Origin: Callorhinchus milii
Lineage: Eukaryota
Reading direction: 5' to 3'
Length of the DNA stretch: 64,000 nt
Assembly: GCF_018977255.1 (NCBI RefSeq)
Contig: NW_024704743.1
Location: 20,648,001-20,712,000, forward strand
In this document: positions 1 through 12,112 of the stretch, in pieces
Numbering within the stretch: position 1 is the first letter of the stretch
Layout of the letters: each line of letters begins with the position of its first letter
Program-made: the position numbers and the translations under genes
The notes under the pieces: generated by a model
The model's input: the letters and a program-made list of their open reading frames with translations, nothing else
Databases searched by the model: none
Told to the model about the DNA's origin: nothing

Positions 1-479
1 CTGTAATCTGGTACACATTTGCAAAGTGTTACCACAGGAATGAGTGATACGGTATTAGTATCCAATTAGTAAGATTTAGCAAGGTGTTCTTGACCAACAG
101 AGAACTCACTGAAAAGTAAAGATGTCCTGATAATATTTTTAGATCATCGAAATGCTCATTAACTTGGTGTCTTGGTACCAATGACCTTTAGAGGACGTCT
201 AGATTAGGGATCAGATCATTTTGGTCTCAGTGAACAAAAAAAGTATGTAAGAAAGGAGAGCTTTTAGCAATCGTTGGGAATCAGAACAGTCAGAGAATGC
301 TGAAGCTTTCCATTACAATTGTACGGCTTGATCAACTATACGTTCTAATAAAACTTTGATTCCAATACTTTATGTTTTGAGTACATCTGTTGTTTAGCAT
401 CGAATGTGTAAGCCCATTGGAGAGAAGGGGATGAGGTTGACACTGACCACTGGAAATAATCCTCCGTGGCATCCTTTTT

Positions 480-770
480 AAGCTTCCCATCATCTTATAA
501 AGCTCTCATATCCCCTTTCAGCGTTCTGAGCTCCAAAGAAAAAAAGGTCCATCAAGCTTTTCCCTATTCCAGGAAATATCTTAGTGGATCTTCTCTGTAA
601 CACTTCCAATGCCTTAACATCTTTACGATAATGAGGAGCCCAAACTGTGCACAATATTCCAACTGCTGCCTGACCAATATTATGTACAAATTTAACATGC
701 ACTCTTTATCCTGATACTCTATTCCCCTAGCTATAAATCCCAAGGCACCTTTGGATTTTACACACAAAAA
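480..770 (-). mobile_element. CR1 LINE fragment (ORF2 C-terminal part), decayed
   Basis: Minus-strand ORFs give 'LYIILVRQQLEYCAQF' and 'WAPHYRKDVKALEVLQRRSTK', the conserved CR1 'LVRPHLEYCVQFWAP..KD...LE.VQRR' motif, frameshifted. Confidence 0.85.
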
Positions 771-1187
771 AAACAAAATTCAAAACATGATTTTCTTTGC
801 ATCCTGCCCAAACCAGGACTACAGTATTTAATTGTGGGTGAAGTGAACACTGAAATTGCCAACAGCGAGGAATATCCTCTTGTTTGCAAGGTGTCCACAC
901 GCTCACCAGGATAGGCCGGATGCAAATATGGAACAAAAGTGCTCCTTTGCTGTGGTTAGCACCCTATTTTTAAGATATCCCACAGTAGATCATCACAATA
1001 CGGTACAGTAATTTGAGATGGTTCCCATGGCAACGAATAGCGACTAGGGTCTTGAGCAACTGTAGGATTGGCCTGCCCCTCTTTCTTATGGACAAGTTTG
1101 ATAGAAGGAAAGTTTGAGTAAGCTGATTTGGTACATCACATGAAGTAATACATAATGTTGATGACCTTTTTTGAACAACACACACAT

Positions 1188-1490
1188 ATGGTTAGAGCAC
1201 TCGCTTTGCAAGTGAGAGACCTGAGTTCAATTCCAGGCAGGGCGAAACCTTGGGCAAGTTTCCTTACTCCACACGCCTAATAATAATCCCCCCAAAACAA
1301 AACAATAATAAATTGGTCATCTTTAATCTACGACTGTTTGTGGGACATTGCTGTGCGCAATTGGCTGCCGCGTTCGCCCACAAATATACAGTCAATTCAC
1401 TTTACAGTGTGTGTTCTGTGAAGCGCTTTGGGACGTCCTCCCGACGTGAAAAGCGCTATATCAAATGCAAGGATTATTATTATTATTATA
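1188..1490 (+). mobile_element. tRNA-derived SINE, short young variant, with L2-type 3' tail
   Basis: tRNA-like head (TGGTTAGAGCACTCGCTTTGCAAG...GAGTTCAATTCC); body near-identical to 6799, 52045 and 63246; ends GGACGTCCTCCCGACGTGAAAAGCGCTATATCAAATGCAAGG(ATT)n. Confidence 0.92.
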
Positions 1491-1737
1491 TTGCAGAACC
1501 GAAAACCGATACAAATGATCTTGTGAACTTGATTGTGATTGAAGAGAAGACCAACCTTCAATCACCACAAACTCTCTTCCAAATCCACTTATCCTCACTC
1601 TCTCTTTTCCTGCTTTTAAAATCTCCTTAAGAGATTTCTTGAACTGTTCCCTCAGTCACCTATAAATTCATCCAACTTCTAGTTTGATGTCCGCCACATC
1701 CAGTCATATTCTTCCTTTTTTCGTAAATGCCAACCAG

Positions 1738-2170
1738 CCTGTCAGCCTGGTTCAGTCAGTAGCATTCGTTTGTCTCTGAGTCAGAAAGTTGTGGGTTCAA
1801 GCCCCATGTCAGGACTTGAGCTCATCGTCTAGAATGACCCTCAAATGTAGTGTTTGGTGAGTGTTGCGTTGGCAGAGATAATGTCTGTTGGGTGAGGTGT
1901 TAAACTGAGATCCTGTCTGCCTGCTCAGGTGGACATTAAAGATCCAATTTGAAAAGAGAAGGGAGTTTTTCTCATTGTCCTGGCCAACAATCCTCCTGAT
2001 AAAATTGATCATTCACCTCATGGCTTTTTGTGTTACACTGCTGTGCGCAAATTGGTTGCCGCATTGACCTACAGATTCAATCACTGCACTACGCTTTGCC
2101 GTAAATTCTGTTAAGCACTTCACAATGCCTCCACAATATGAGGCGATATATTAAAATGTAAGGTTTGTTA
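1738..2170 (+). mobile_element. Deu-domain SINE (SacSINE1/AmnSINE-like), old copy
   Basis: tRNA-like head (CTCTGAGTCAGAAAGTTGTGGGTTCAAGCCCC); Deu-domain-like core GTTAAACTGAG..CCTGTCTGCCTGCTCAGGTGGACATTAAAGATCC...GTCCTGGCCAAC; degenerate L2 tail. Confidence 0.8.
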
Positions 2171-3934
2171 TTAACCATGCAAATCAACTTGAATAAAAAA
2201 CAAATGCTAAAAATAGATGTTAAAAGATTTCAAAAAGGCAATGAGGTAACCATTCAGGGATCATGTTAAGCAGTGTGTTAAAAATATTTTGCTGACAACA
2301 ACTGGTGCCAATAACAAAAGAAAAAAAAGCCTGGGGTGTATTCTGAGAATGAGGCCTATATATGCACACATCAGGGTGGAAAGGAATGCCAAATTGTCCT
2401 GTATGATGGCCAAACTCCTAAAGGAACATTTTTCCAGCAGCTTCTCTTCCATATATTAATTCTAATTATAGGTTAAACAATGATTTCAAACAGTAAAATA
2501 ATAAATAGATACAACCAAAACCAATACAGTTTGTTGAAAGATAAATACAATGTGCTTTCTGTTCTAATTTTAAAAAGATTTGAACTCTTACCACATAATA
2601 GTTGGCGATCTGACCAGGAATACCATTTTTATTGTATTTTAGAGACTCTCAGCAACCTGACTCTTCTCATAGCAATAAGCTATGGGGACAGGCTGGCATT
2701 AGTAAAAGGGCATGCACTAGGGAGCTTGTGGTGTTTGAAAGGTGAGAGAGCGAGCGAAAAAGCAAGTTTGAGAAACAGAGAGAGAAAGAAACAAGTTCAT
2801 ACTGATGTGCTTCTGAAACAGCACAAACTGAGTCCATCCTCTGAGATGAATATGATTGAAGAAGCACTGATTCTGAAAACACAATTCATTCAGTTTGTAG
2901 AGGGAAACAGAAGTTTGGATTTTGAGAACGGATCTGACCATTCAGGAACGTACAGGAATGAACCATGACGGTCAAGCACATCGTCTCAGGAAGCTGTGTT
3001 TTTCCACATCACTTCTACCTCTGGGACTAGGCTCTGGGTAGGAATGGGCAATTTAAGAGCAAGTGTTCTATACGGAAAAACAACAATTTAAATCTCAATT
3101 TCAGGTGAATTTTGATTTTATTAGTCGAGCATAGGAAGAAATAGTTCAACACAAACTGATGCACTTAGCAAATGGCATCAATTCTGTCACAGCAATGACT
3201 TGGTTGGCTAAAGCTATTTCAAACAGGAAACTATATCAGCTCAGCAGCAGAGAGTGAAGCAAGCAGCGATTCGAATCAGATAAAGGCCAATTATGACACA
3301 AGTAGTTTACACACTGCAGGCCTCCCTGCAGACTTGCACTGGGATCAGCTGTATAGTGTATAGTGCAAAGCCACAGCTGAAATTCTGTCTCATTTGCTCT
3401 GTGCCATGTTACAATAAACCTTTTCAGAATTTTATTTTGCAGCGGTGGGGGGGGACAAAGAGCATGTGTAAATGCTTCAAAGTTCCACAGGAACACTTCA
3501 ATAAAAGCTTGCTCAAGAGCTGGGAGAGCTGAAGGAATACAAATAATTTATGATTTCTCCAGGAACTTCAGAAATATTAGCAAATATTTTGTTCAAGCTT
3601 CTCAGGTAACATGCATTTGCTTTTCTCTTTTTTCTCTTCTGCACGCTTTCTGCCTTTCACTCACTCGTGCCTTTATCTAGTACATTGAATTTAAAACAAA
3701 CTAAAGCCAAAATTAGTAGCCCAAAAATGGAAGTCATAACCACAAAAAACAAACTAAACAGAGAACTATTTGTATAAAAAGCATCAGATGTTTGTGGTGC
3801 ATTTCACAAACACATTTTTAGTAAGTGGAAATGAGGCATTAAGGGCAAGACACAGATAAGTATCTGGCTATAGGGAAGGAAGTTAAGGATTGGCATAAGA
3901 GTGAGTGAGCACTCTTTTACTCCACGAAGGTCAA

Positions 3935-4002
3935 TACATTGACTGGCAATCGAATCTGGGTCTTCTGTATGGCAGATGAGAATTCTGAACCAGAACAAAT
4001 GG
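3935..4002 (-). pseudogene. decayed tRNA-Gly(GCC) copy, or head of a tRNA-Gly-derived element
   Basis: Minus strand GAATTCTCATCTGCCATACAGAAGACCCAGATTCGATTGCCAGTCAATGTA aligns with vertebrate tRNA-Gly-GCC (GAATTCTCGCCTGCCACGCGGGAGGCCCGGGTTCGATTCCCGGCCAATGCA), mostly by transitions. Confidence 0.65.
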
Positions 4003-4089
4003 GATCGGGGTGGGGGGGGATAGAAAGAAGAGGTCTCACACACAGCACTAAAAATATAATTTGGATGAAAGGCAAACCTAGAACAGCAA

Positions 4090-4290
4090 GAGAATTTAAA
4101 ATAATGCCAAGGGATCTTCAACACCCATGTGAACAAACAGAGAAGCTAGTCTTTGCTTTAACATCTCATCGGAAAGCCAGCAAAGCACCACTTTGTCAGC
4201 CTCAAATGACCTCAAATCCTGGTGGGAGCTCAAAACCACAATTCTCTGGCGCTGAGGTGAGTGTGCTATCAACTGAGCCAAATTTTTAAT
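4090..4290 (-). mobile_element. Deu-domain SINE fragment
   Basis: Reverse complement resembles the head and core of the 1738 and 5913 copies (GGCTCAGTTGATAGCACAC...; AAGATCCCTTGGCATTATTT). Confidence 0.6.
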
Positions 4291-4369
4291 GGATGACCAA
4301 CCTCGGAACTTTAAGGCAGTAATCTCCCAATTTAACTGTGAGAAGCCCAATAGAGACAGAATTTTTCAG

Positions 4370-4690
4370 CAAGCAATGAGGCGATTTAGCCCATCGCATC
4401 AGTGTCACCATTACCATGTTTAAACTCCATATGAGCCTCCACCCTCCCATTCACATCCTCTATACCCCTCCATTCCTTTCTCCCTCATGCAGTCACCATG
4501 TTTACCATTAAATATATTGCTGTTTTTGTTTCACATTCTCACCATCCTCTGTGTAAAGAAGTTCCTGCTAAACTCCCTTTTACATTTGCCATCTAATATT
4601 TATGCCCCCTTGTTTTGGATTTACCAACAAGTGGAAACAGCCTACTTATGTCCACCTTATCAAATCCTTTCATAAACTTAAACTCACCTT
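4370..4690 (-). mobile_element. CR1 LINE 3' end fragment, heavily decayed
   Basis: Resembles the CR1 3' region seen at 14560-14950 (CACCATCCTCTGTGTAAAGAAG..., CCTTATCAAATCCTTTCATAA). Confidence 0.55.
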
Positions 4691-4844
4691 CAGAGGAGAA
4701 AAACTCCAACACCACCAAGGTAAGGAGCAGGTAGTGGTGGTGGTGGGGGGTTGGGGGCTGCAAACTGTGGAGGGAACAGCCGAGATCTCACAAAGCGATC
4801 CCAGGATGTTCAGATGGACTGATCACTGGGAAACATACATAGTG

Positions 4845-4955
4845 TAAAGTGAATTGACTGTATATTTTGTGGGTGAAACTCGGCAGCCAATTGCAAACAG
4901 CAATGTCCCACAAAACAGTTGTGGATTGAGTGACCAAATTATTTTTTATTTAGTT
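4845..4955 (-). mobile_element. tRNA-SINE 3' fragment
   Basis: GTAAAGTGAATTGACTGTATATTTTGTGGG...CAATGTCCCACAAAACAG is the reverse complement of the SINE body. Confidence 0.8.
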
Positions 4956-5214
4956 TTAAGGAATTATCAGGATGAAGGTTCAGTGTAGGGAGTGATTATT
5001 TATGCAGAGCAGTTACCGGAAACAAAATGGTAAGGACAAGTCTCTGGACTCATTTAAGTATAAAAGGATGATGATGGAGTTGATGTTCTCGAAGACTGAG
5101 GTGACTTGTATTTATTTATCCAGAAGGTAACTGATGACTGGAATGATTTACGAGAAAGGGTGATTGAGGCCAAGGCACTGTAATTGTTCCAAAAATAGCT
5201 AGAAGCTTTAATGC

Positions 5215-5648
5215 AAAGATGGGGACAATGCTCTCACAAATTTCATGTTGAACAAGGAATTGAACTGGCTCCAAGGTGACATACTTGAAAACGGAATATC
5301 GGAATAGAGCCAGCCCTCTGGCGGTCTCAGTAGTCCAGTGCCTGAGCCAGGCGGGTCCACAGTACTCCAAGGCACTGATGATGACAGCACAGCCAGGCTC
5401 ATCAGCAGAACTTGGAAGGACAGACCAGTCACTGGGGGCAGGGAATCTTCCCCCTCAGTTCCCATTAACCTGCAAGCCAAAGCCCTGATGGGGAGGGTGT
5501 TCCTAGCTGGACAAACAACGGGAAAGCTTTCCAGGTAATGTTCTAAATGACAAGCTAAGCCGTTTTAGCCAGTTAGACTCCAGTAGAATCTCAATTCATA
5601 CACTGGGGTCCCCATGTCTTGGTTCTCGCCAACCTGCACCTAATACTA
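5215..5648 (+). repeat. unclassified interspersed repeat (family X), internally deleted copy
   Basis: Colinear with 60030-60600 (GAACTGG.TCCAAGGTGACAT, CAGGCGGGTCCACAGTA, GACCAGTCACTGGGGGCAGGGAAT, CTGGGGTCCCC..GTCTTGG). Confidence 0.8.
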
Positions 5649-5912
5649 GTAAATGGAAAAACGGTAGGGTCTGCATTCGGGAATGATGAAATCATATGGG
5701 CCTTCTTTATTTGAACCTCTTGCGACTATGTGACATGGACCGAGAGTCTTCCTCATTAGAGCTTCACTTGTGATCATTCAGGATGGAAATAGAACAGAAA
5801 ACTATCTCATGGGGCCATTGCCACACAAGTTTTTTTAATTTGTTTGGTGAGGAATCCTACCAGTTAATTTCCCAACTATTTGACTTATGAAACTCAGCAG
5901 GAATGTTTAGTT

Positions 5913-6255
5913 GTCAGCTCGGCTCAGTTGGTAGCATTCTAATCTCAGAGTCAAACAATCCCTTGTTTGAGATTTTGAGCTCACTGTACTCCAGTACTGT
6001 GCTGGAGGAGTTCTGCATTGCTATAGGTGCTATCCTTCGAATGAGTGGTTAAACCAAGCTCCCGCCGGGTGGATATTAAAGATCCCATGACACTATTTAA
6101 TCCTCCAGAAAAAATTGGTAATTGAATTCACAGCTGTTTATGGGACATTGCTGTGAATAAATTGGCGGCCACATTCGCCTAAAAAAACACACAGTACTAT
6201 ATCCTGTGAAGCTTGTTGAGATGTTTTGACAACCTGATAATGCGCTATACACCAA
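5913..6255 (+). mobile_element. Deu-domain SINE
   Basis: GTCAGCTCGGCTCAGTTGGTAGCA head; GGTGGATATTAAAGATCCCATG core; GGGACATTGCTGTG...TGTGAAGC tail. Confidence 0.75.
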
Positions 6256-6798
6256 ATGAAAAAAAACCCCAAACCTTCTCACCAACTTACCCAACCAGCT
6301 GAAAGTGGGCAGTATGCCAAGAAATGAAATAATAAAAATGACTAAAAGTTGCAATAAATTGTCAGCATTAATCAGTATGCCTACACAATTCACAGTACAG
6401 TGTTCCTGCAATTCACCAAATTGAGGGCTAATTATTTAAAGACTGAAAATAACATTCAACTACCGGAACAATCTTTGCTGACAAAAAGTTCAAAAATAAG
6501 TTCATTGTCACCTTCAGACCCATGTTAAACAAAAGCTTTCTTCAACCAACTTACTGAGGAGGTCTCTGGCATACATTACTCCCTATTAATGCAGTCAGGA
6601 AAGCCTCTGTGACCCACATTAAACATGCAGCACTCCCACGCTTCTTGGCATCACATCAAGAGAGCATTTCAGCACCACCAGCAAAAATGCTTCTTGTTTG
6701 TTTCTCACTCTAAACCCTTTGGCTGCCAAAAGATTTTGCACCTGCGCAGCTCACAGTGCTAAAGAAAAAGAAATGAAGTTGCACGTGGAAACTACAGC

Positions 6799-7092
6799 GG
6801 AGTCCTGTAGCTCAGTGGTTAGAGCACTCGCTTTGCAAGTGAGAGACCTGAGTTCAATTCCAGGCAGGGCGAAACCTTGGGCAAGTTTCCTTACTCCACA
6901 CGCCTAATAATAATCCTCAAAAAAAAACAATAATTAAATTGGTCATTTTCAATCTACGACTGTTTGTGGGACATTGCTGTGCGCAATTGGCTGCCGCGTT
7001 CGCCCACAAATATAAAGTCAATTCACTTTACAGTGTGTTCTGTGAAGCGCTTTGGGACGTCCTCCCGACGTGAAAAGCGCTATATCAAATGC

Positions 7093-7127
<35 letters not shown>
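6799..7127 (+). mobile_element. full-length tRNA-derived SINE, short young variant
   Basis: Starts GGAGTCCTGTAGCTCAGTGGTTAGAGC (A box); B-box-like GAGTTCAATTCC; (TAT)n tail; TACAGC on both flanks (possible TSD). Confidence 0.95.
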
Positions 7128-7128
<1 letters not shown>

Positions 7129-7264
7129 AGCAGGAACAATTTTGACTAACGCACGCCAGAGCTGTGGTAAAATTCTTTTATACATTTTGCCCCAAATGAC
7201 TTCCAATTTCTTGACATACAGCCTCACAAGACAACTGAAACGTATCAACCCCCAACTATGTTAA

Positions 7265-7450
7265 AGGGAGCGTCCCAAAAAAAAACGTGTGTGCAACCTA
7301 TGTGTGGGGAAGGAATGTACCGTAAACAGCGGAATGTTTTTTGTATCGGGAGAAAAGGAAAAAATTGTAACAGAAGATGTTGTGTTTGTTTGGGATTCCT
7401 GTTGTACAAAATGTTACATTTATAAATAAATATATATTTTCAAAAAAAAA
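7265..7450 (+). mobile_element. possible poly(A)-ended retroposed 3' end (L1/Tx1-like 3' UTR or retrocopy remnant)
   Basis: AATAAA near 7425 followed about 12 nt later by an A9 run; no TSD identified. Confidence 0.35.
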
Positions 7451-7727
7451 TTAATCATGACATGAAAGCCATTTTGTTTCATTTAATCGTAAAAACAATG
7501 AACAACAAATTGCATTTATATAGCCTTTCATGTCGGGAGGGCGTCCCAAGGCGCTGGAAAGGAGCAAAGAGGATTGTAAATCACCTATTGAGCACCACCG
7601 ACCCTGTTCATTGGATCTCTGAACTCAGTGAACCGCTCTCTAAATTTGTGTTATTTTCTCCTCCTCCTTCATTCCCACCACACCCCAAATTATAACTGAA
7701 TTTTATTTTAATCAACTGTAAACTTGT

Positions 7728-8053
7728 GTGGCCTGTAGCTATGTGGTTAGAGTATTCGCTTTGCAAGCGAGAGATCTGGGTTCGATTCCTGGCAGGGTGA
7801 AACCTTCTGCAAGTTTCCTTACTCCACACGCCTGATAATAATTCCTCAAGAAAATAAAACAATAATAAATTGTTCATTTCAAAACCACGACTGTTTGTGG
7901 GACACTGCTGTGTGCAATTGGCTGCCGCATTTCGCCCACAAATATACAGTCAATTCACTTTACAGTCTATTCTGTGAAGAGCTGTGAGACATCTAGACGT
8001 TCTGTGAGACGTAAAAAGCGCTATATCAAATGCAAGGATTATTATTATTATTA
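7728..8053 (+). mobile_element. tRNA-derived SINE
   Basis: CCTGTAGCTATGTGGTTAGAGTATTCGC...GGTTCGATTCC head; family body; (ATT)n tail. Confidence 0.92.
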
Positions 8054-8607
8054 AACTCGGACTGAAATGGCAACAATAAGATGGAAAAAAGTGTCCTCAG
8101 GTAAATAACAGAGGTCCCAAATGACACCTTATCTTAGCCTATGAAAAATTACAGTACCTTTTAAGAACCAAAATTGGCCTCCCAATCGGGTGCAAAACCC
8201 TCATGGTCCAGCATCTTGGGACGTCCTCCTGACGTGAAAGGCGCTACATAAATGCAATTTGTTGCTGTTCCAACTAAGACCGAATTTAAGAATTTTTTTT
8301 ACAAATCTACGAAATCTTCATTTTTTTTAATGATAGAAGGGTTTTACAGGCTAAAGCATTTGGAAATTTCAGGTCTCAGAAGCCAGTACAACCACACGGG
8401 GCGAGAAGACCAATCAAATTTTTGTAATATTTCCCGACCACACAAATATTTAAAGGGGGGTGGCCTATTTTAAAGATCATGCAAATATAAATACTCCCTC
8501 TTTAAACAGGAAATTTACTTGATACTTGGATTTAATTCAGAAAAAATGTGGGCAGGATACTGTATGGATACCCTTCAATACATAGAGGAAACTTCACATA
8601 GGGTTGT

Positions 8608-8917
8608 GGAGTCCTGTAGCGCAGTGGTTAGAGCACTCGCTTTGCAAGCGAGAGACCTGAGTTCAATTCCAGGCAGGGCGAAACCTTGGGCAAGTTTCCT
8701 TACTCCACACGTCTAATAATAATCCCTCCAAAAAACAAAACAATAATAAATTGGTCATTTTCAATCCATGACTGTTTGTGGGACATTGCTGTGTGCAATT
8801 GGCTGCCGCGTTTCGCCCACAAATATACAGTCAATTCACTTTACAGTATATTCTGTGAAGCGCTTTAGAAGACGTGAAAAGCGCTATATCAAATGCAAGG
8901 ATTATTATTATTATTAT
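8608..8917 (+). mobile_element. tRNA-derived SINE, short variant
   Basis: GGAGTCCTGTAGCGCAGTGGTTAGAGC head; family body; (ATT)n tail. Confidence 0.93.
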
Positions 8918-9179
8918 GAATTTTCCTGCAAATTCTACTCTGAGTTTAGTAATAATACCTGCACTTGATACAGCATCTTATCACCTCTTCGAGACGTCTC
9001 AAAGCACTTCAGAGAATACACTGAAAAGTGATTTGACTGTATATTTTGTGAGCTTACTCCATTTTGGGAGCGTAATAAGCTCTAGTATTTTACAAGTACA
9101 ATATTCTGCTATAACAAATGTGAAATGTTATTGAACTAATTTAAATTTGGGAAGTGCTAACATTAATGGTTCTCATGGG

Positions 9180-9870
9180 GATCAAAGAATCATACAGCAC
9201 AGAAAGAGGCCATTCGGCCAATCTCGTCTGCGCCGGCTCCTAAAAGAGCAATCCAACTTAATCTCACTGGCCCGCCTTCTCTCCATAGCCCTGCAATCCT
9301 GTCCTCCCCAAATACCCATGTACTTCACTCTTAAAAGTTGTTATTGAATCGGCGTTTCAGGTAATGCATTCCAGATCTGAACAACTTGCTGGGTGAAATT
9401 TTTTTTCCTAACCTCCACTCTGTTTCTTTTAACAACTATCTTAAATCGGATGAGCCTTCATATTGCATCTGTTATTGCCGAACCCTTTTATTAAAGAAAT
9501 ATCTACATTTCCCATTTGCTCCTTTTATTCTCATGTCCCATGCATTCTAAAGACCTCCTCCCTCCCCATTCTTGGAATATCTACACAGCATAAAAACTTA
9601 TGTGCAACTCAACCTTTCGAAACTCTTCATAACTTTAAACAATACTATCCAAAAACTTCTTTCAGTCTTCTCTTTTCAAGAGATAAAAGTCCAACAGTGA
9701 CCCATAATTTCTAGATTAATCAAGTAGACCTCAGCTGAACTCCTTCCGACAACTCAACCCTTTTTTTAAAATTAGAGACAAAACTGCACCCAGATGGTCC
9801 CACCAAATAAAGCTACAAATGGTTACAAAACCCTTTCCCGCAACTTTTCTATTTGTGTTCTTAGCTATCG
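9180..9870 (-). mobile_element. CR1 LINE 3' portion, decayed
   Basis: AGAATCATACAGCACAGAAAGAGGCCATTCGGCC is a typical CR1 3' terminus in reverse; upstream sequence is colinear with the 14560-15100 copy. Confidence 0.65.
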
Positions 9871-10611
9871 ATTATTATTATTAGCTACATCTCAATCACC
9901 TGGGTGAGAATCAATAAATCGTCTGGAATTAATACATACAGGAGTATGGCAGGATTTTTATTTTTAAAAATTTAGTTAGGATGTGCATGTTTATCAAAAT
10001 AAAAAAAATGTAATACACAAATGGTGCAGGAAATCAGTTGGACTGGAGGATTGTTTTGAAGGCTTGGAATCCACTCAAAGATGTATGCTGTTCTTTGCAA
10101 TACACTGACAACACGAAAAGCACCAGCGAGCACATTGTGTTGTTCCACTATCACAGGGGACTTCAAGAATATTTTTCATAATACTGACATGGCAGCTTTC
10201 CAGCTTAGATGTTTTTTCTTCTTTATTTATCGAAAGCAATTTCAAGATGTGCGAATGACCACTGGGACCATTTTGTTTTGTGTGCACTCAAAAGTGAGAG
10301 CCATATGTGCGTGTTAAAAGGACTCAAGCCCAGTTGAAGTGGAGTTGACAACTGCTCAAATTAAATCTTGCTTAGAAACACTTGCATAAATATTTGAAGG
10401 AAAACAATACAGTGTTACACTGTAACACACTGATTTGGGTCCATCAAATCAGATCCTCACATAAAAACTCCTGCCAGTCCGTGCTTCTGTGATGTCCTCC
10501 CGATGTGAAAGGTGCTATATAAATGTAAATTTTTATTGTGTTGTATGTCAGCTTGCTAATGGGTCATCAAGCCCATGCTGCGTATGCACGCAGGAAGCGG
10601 TAAGAGCAGTT

Positions 10612-11700
10612 GCAACAACAAGATTACATTTGTATAGCGCCTTTCACGTCGGGAGTACAGCATTTCAGACCTGAGCTGGGGTTGGGGGGGGAACGGAGGG
10701 GAGGGGAAGGGGCCGATGGCATGGTCGAAGAGGAGGGTTTTGAGGTGGGACTTGAAGGCGGCTAAAGAGGGGGTGAAGTGGAGTGATGGGAAGTTGGAAT
10801 TCCAGAGGTTGGGAGCAGAGTGGCTGAAGGTTCTCCCGCCAATGGTGGGGCGGGTGGGTCGGGGGACGTGGAGCAGACCGGAGCCGGCTGAGCGGAGGGA
10901 ACAGGCAGTTTGGTAGGGGGTTAGGAGGTCGAAGAGGTAGGGTGGGGCGAGGCCATGGAGGGCTTCATATGTGAGGACCAGGATCTTGAACTGGATCCTC
11001 TGAAGGATATGGAGCCAGTGGAGTCGGGCGAGAGTGGGGGAGATGGGGTCACGGAGTTTGTTGCAGGAGAGGACACGGGCTGCAGAGTTCTGGATTATCT
11101 GCAGCCTGTGGACGGAGGAGTTGGGAAAGCCGACAAACAGGGCATTTGCGTAGTCGAGCCTGGAGGTAATGAAGGCATGAACAAGAGCTTCAGCGGCCTG
11201 AGAGGTGAGGTAGTGGCGGAGTCGGGCGATGTTACGGAGGTGAGGGAAGGCAGAGCGGGTCATGGCTTGAATGTGGGGAAGAAAAGACAGTTGAGGGTTG
11301 AACAAGACACCGAGGTTCCTGACTGGCGGTGAGTTGAAGTGTGCAACCATGGAGGTTGATGCTGCCAGAGCCTGAGCTGCAGAGGCACTGGCGTGAGCCA
11401 ATCAGGAGGGCCTCAGCCTTGTTCACAGTCAGCTGTAGGAAATTTGCCCTCATCCAGGACTTGATGTCAAGACAGCAGTGGTTCTGGAGTTGAGGGTGGA
11501 GGCAGAAAGATAGAGTTGGGTGTCATCTGCATACATATGGAAGTTGACCCCATGTCTGCGGATGATGTCACCAAGGGGGAGCATGTAGATATTAAAGAGG
11601 GCCAAGGACAGAGCCCTGGGGACGCCAGATGTGACAGTGCGGGGGCTGGAGGAGAAACCGTTAGAGGCAACGAAGTGGAGATGGTGAGATAGGAATCGAA
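10612..11700 (-). mobile_element. L2-clade LINE, 5'-truncated (RT C-terminal region plus 3' UTR), frameshifted
   Basis: ORFs 11450-11716 (GVP...FNIYMLPLG...[10 protein letters not shown]) and 10556-11401 (VRNLGVLF, SRLDYAN, QNSAARVL, LHWL, FKILVL); (GTT)n tail at 10612. Confidence 0.95.
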
Positions 11701-12112
11701 CAGGCAACAACAACAAAATTACATTTTTATATGGCGCCTTTCACGTCCAAAGAAAATCCCAGGCTCGATGGGTCCTCGATCTACATCAGTACGGTAAGTG
11801 GCGTTAGGTAAGTGGTGTTAGCCACTCATCGTGAAGGTAAGATAGACAGTGGCAATAACCAGATTTCCAGGAGGTGAAACAGTGGAGTGGAAATATCCAA
11901 GATCCTTAAGCAAGTTGCCTGTAAGACGTCCATGTAAAACCAATAAGGTGATTACAAAAAAGAAAGGAGGAAGTAATCATCTCTGAGAAAACCATTGTGA
12001 CTAGCAGCTGCTCAAGTACTTACTCAACACATAAAAATTAATATTGAACACGCAGCCTTCTGCAAGAAACAGGATGGTGAAATGAGACCAGTGCACTAAC
12101 TGTAGAAAATAT

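Noticed and set aside
2591..2678. Minus-strand 88-nt segment between CCCCATAG| and |GTAAG as a coding exon
   Set aside because: All three frames contain stops and no product is recognisable. A non-coding or poison exon cannot be excluded without RNA-seq.
2480..2968. ORFs over 150 aa in unique DNA (this one, and 12269-12748, 13720-14172, 26229-26732)
   Set aside because: No recognisable domains or exon structure, and some run through repeats; consistent with chance.
6290..6380. Hydrophobic frame ILINADNLLQLLVIFIISFLGILPTFSWL before a GTAAGT donor
   Set aside because: The hydrophobicity follows from T-richness; there is no recognisable homologue or partner exon.
6555..6758. Minus-strand segment with a strong acceptor (CTTCATTTCTTTTTCTTTAG) and GTAAGT donor
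   Set aside because: Stops in all three frames; such site pairs arise by chance in AT-rich DNA.
6799..6872. SINE heads as genuine tRNA-Ala genes
   Set aside because: Each runs directly into a SINE body and tail, and the acceptor stem does not close.
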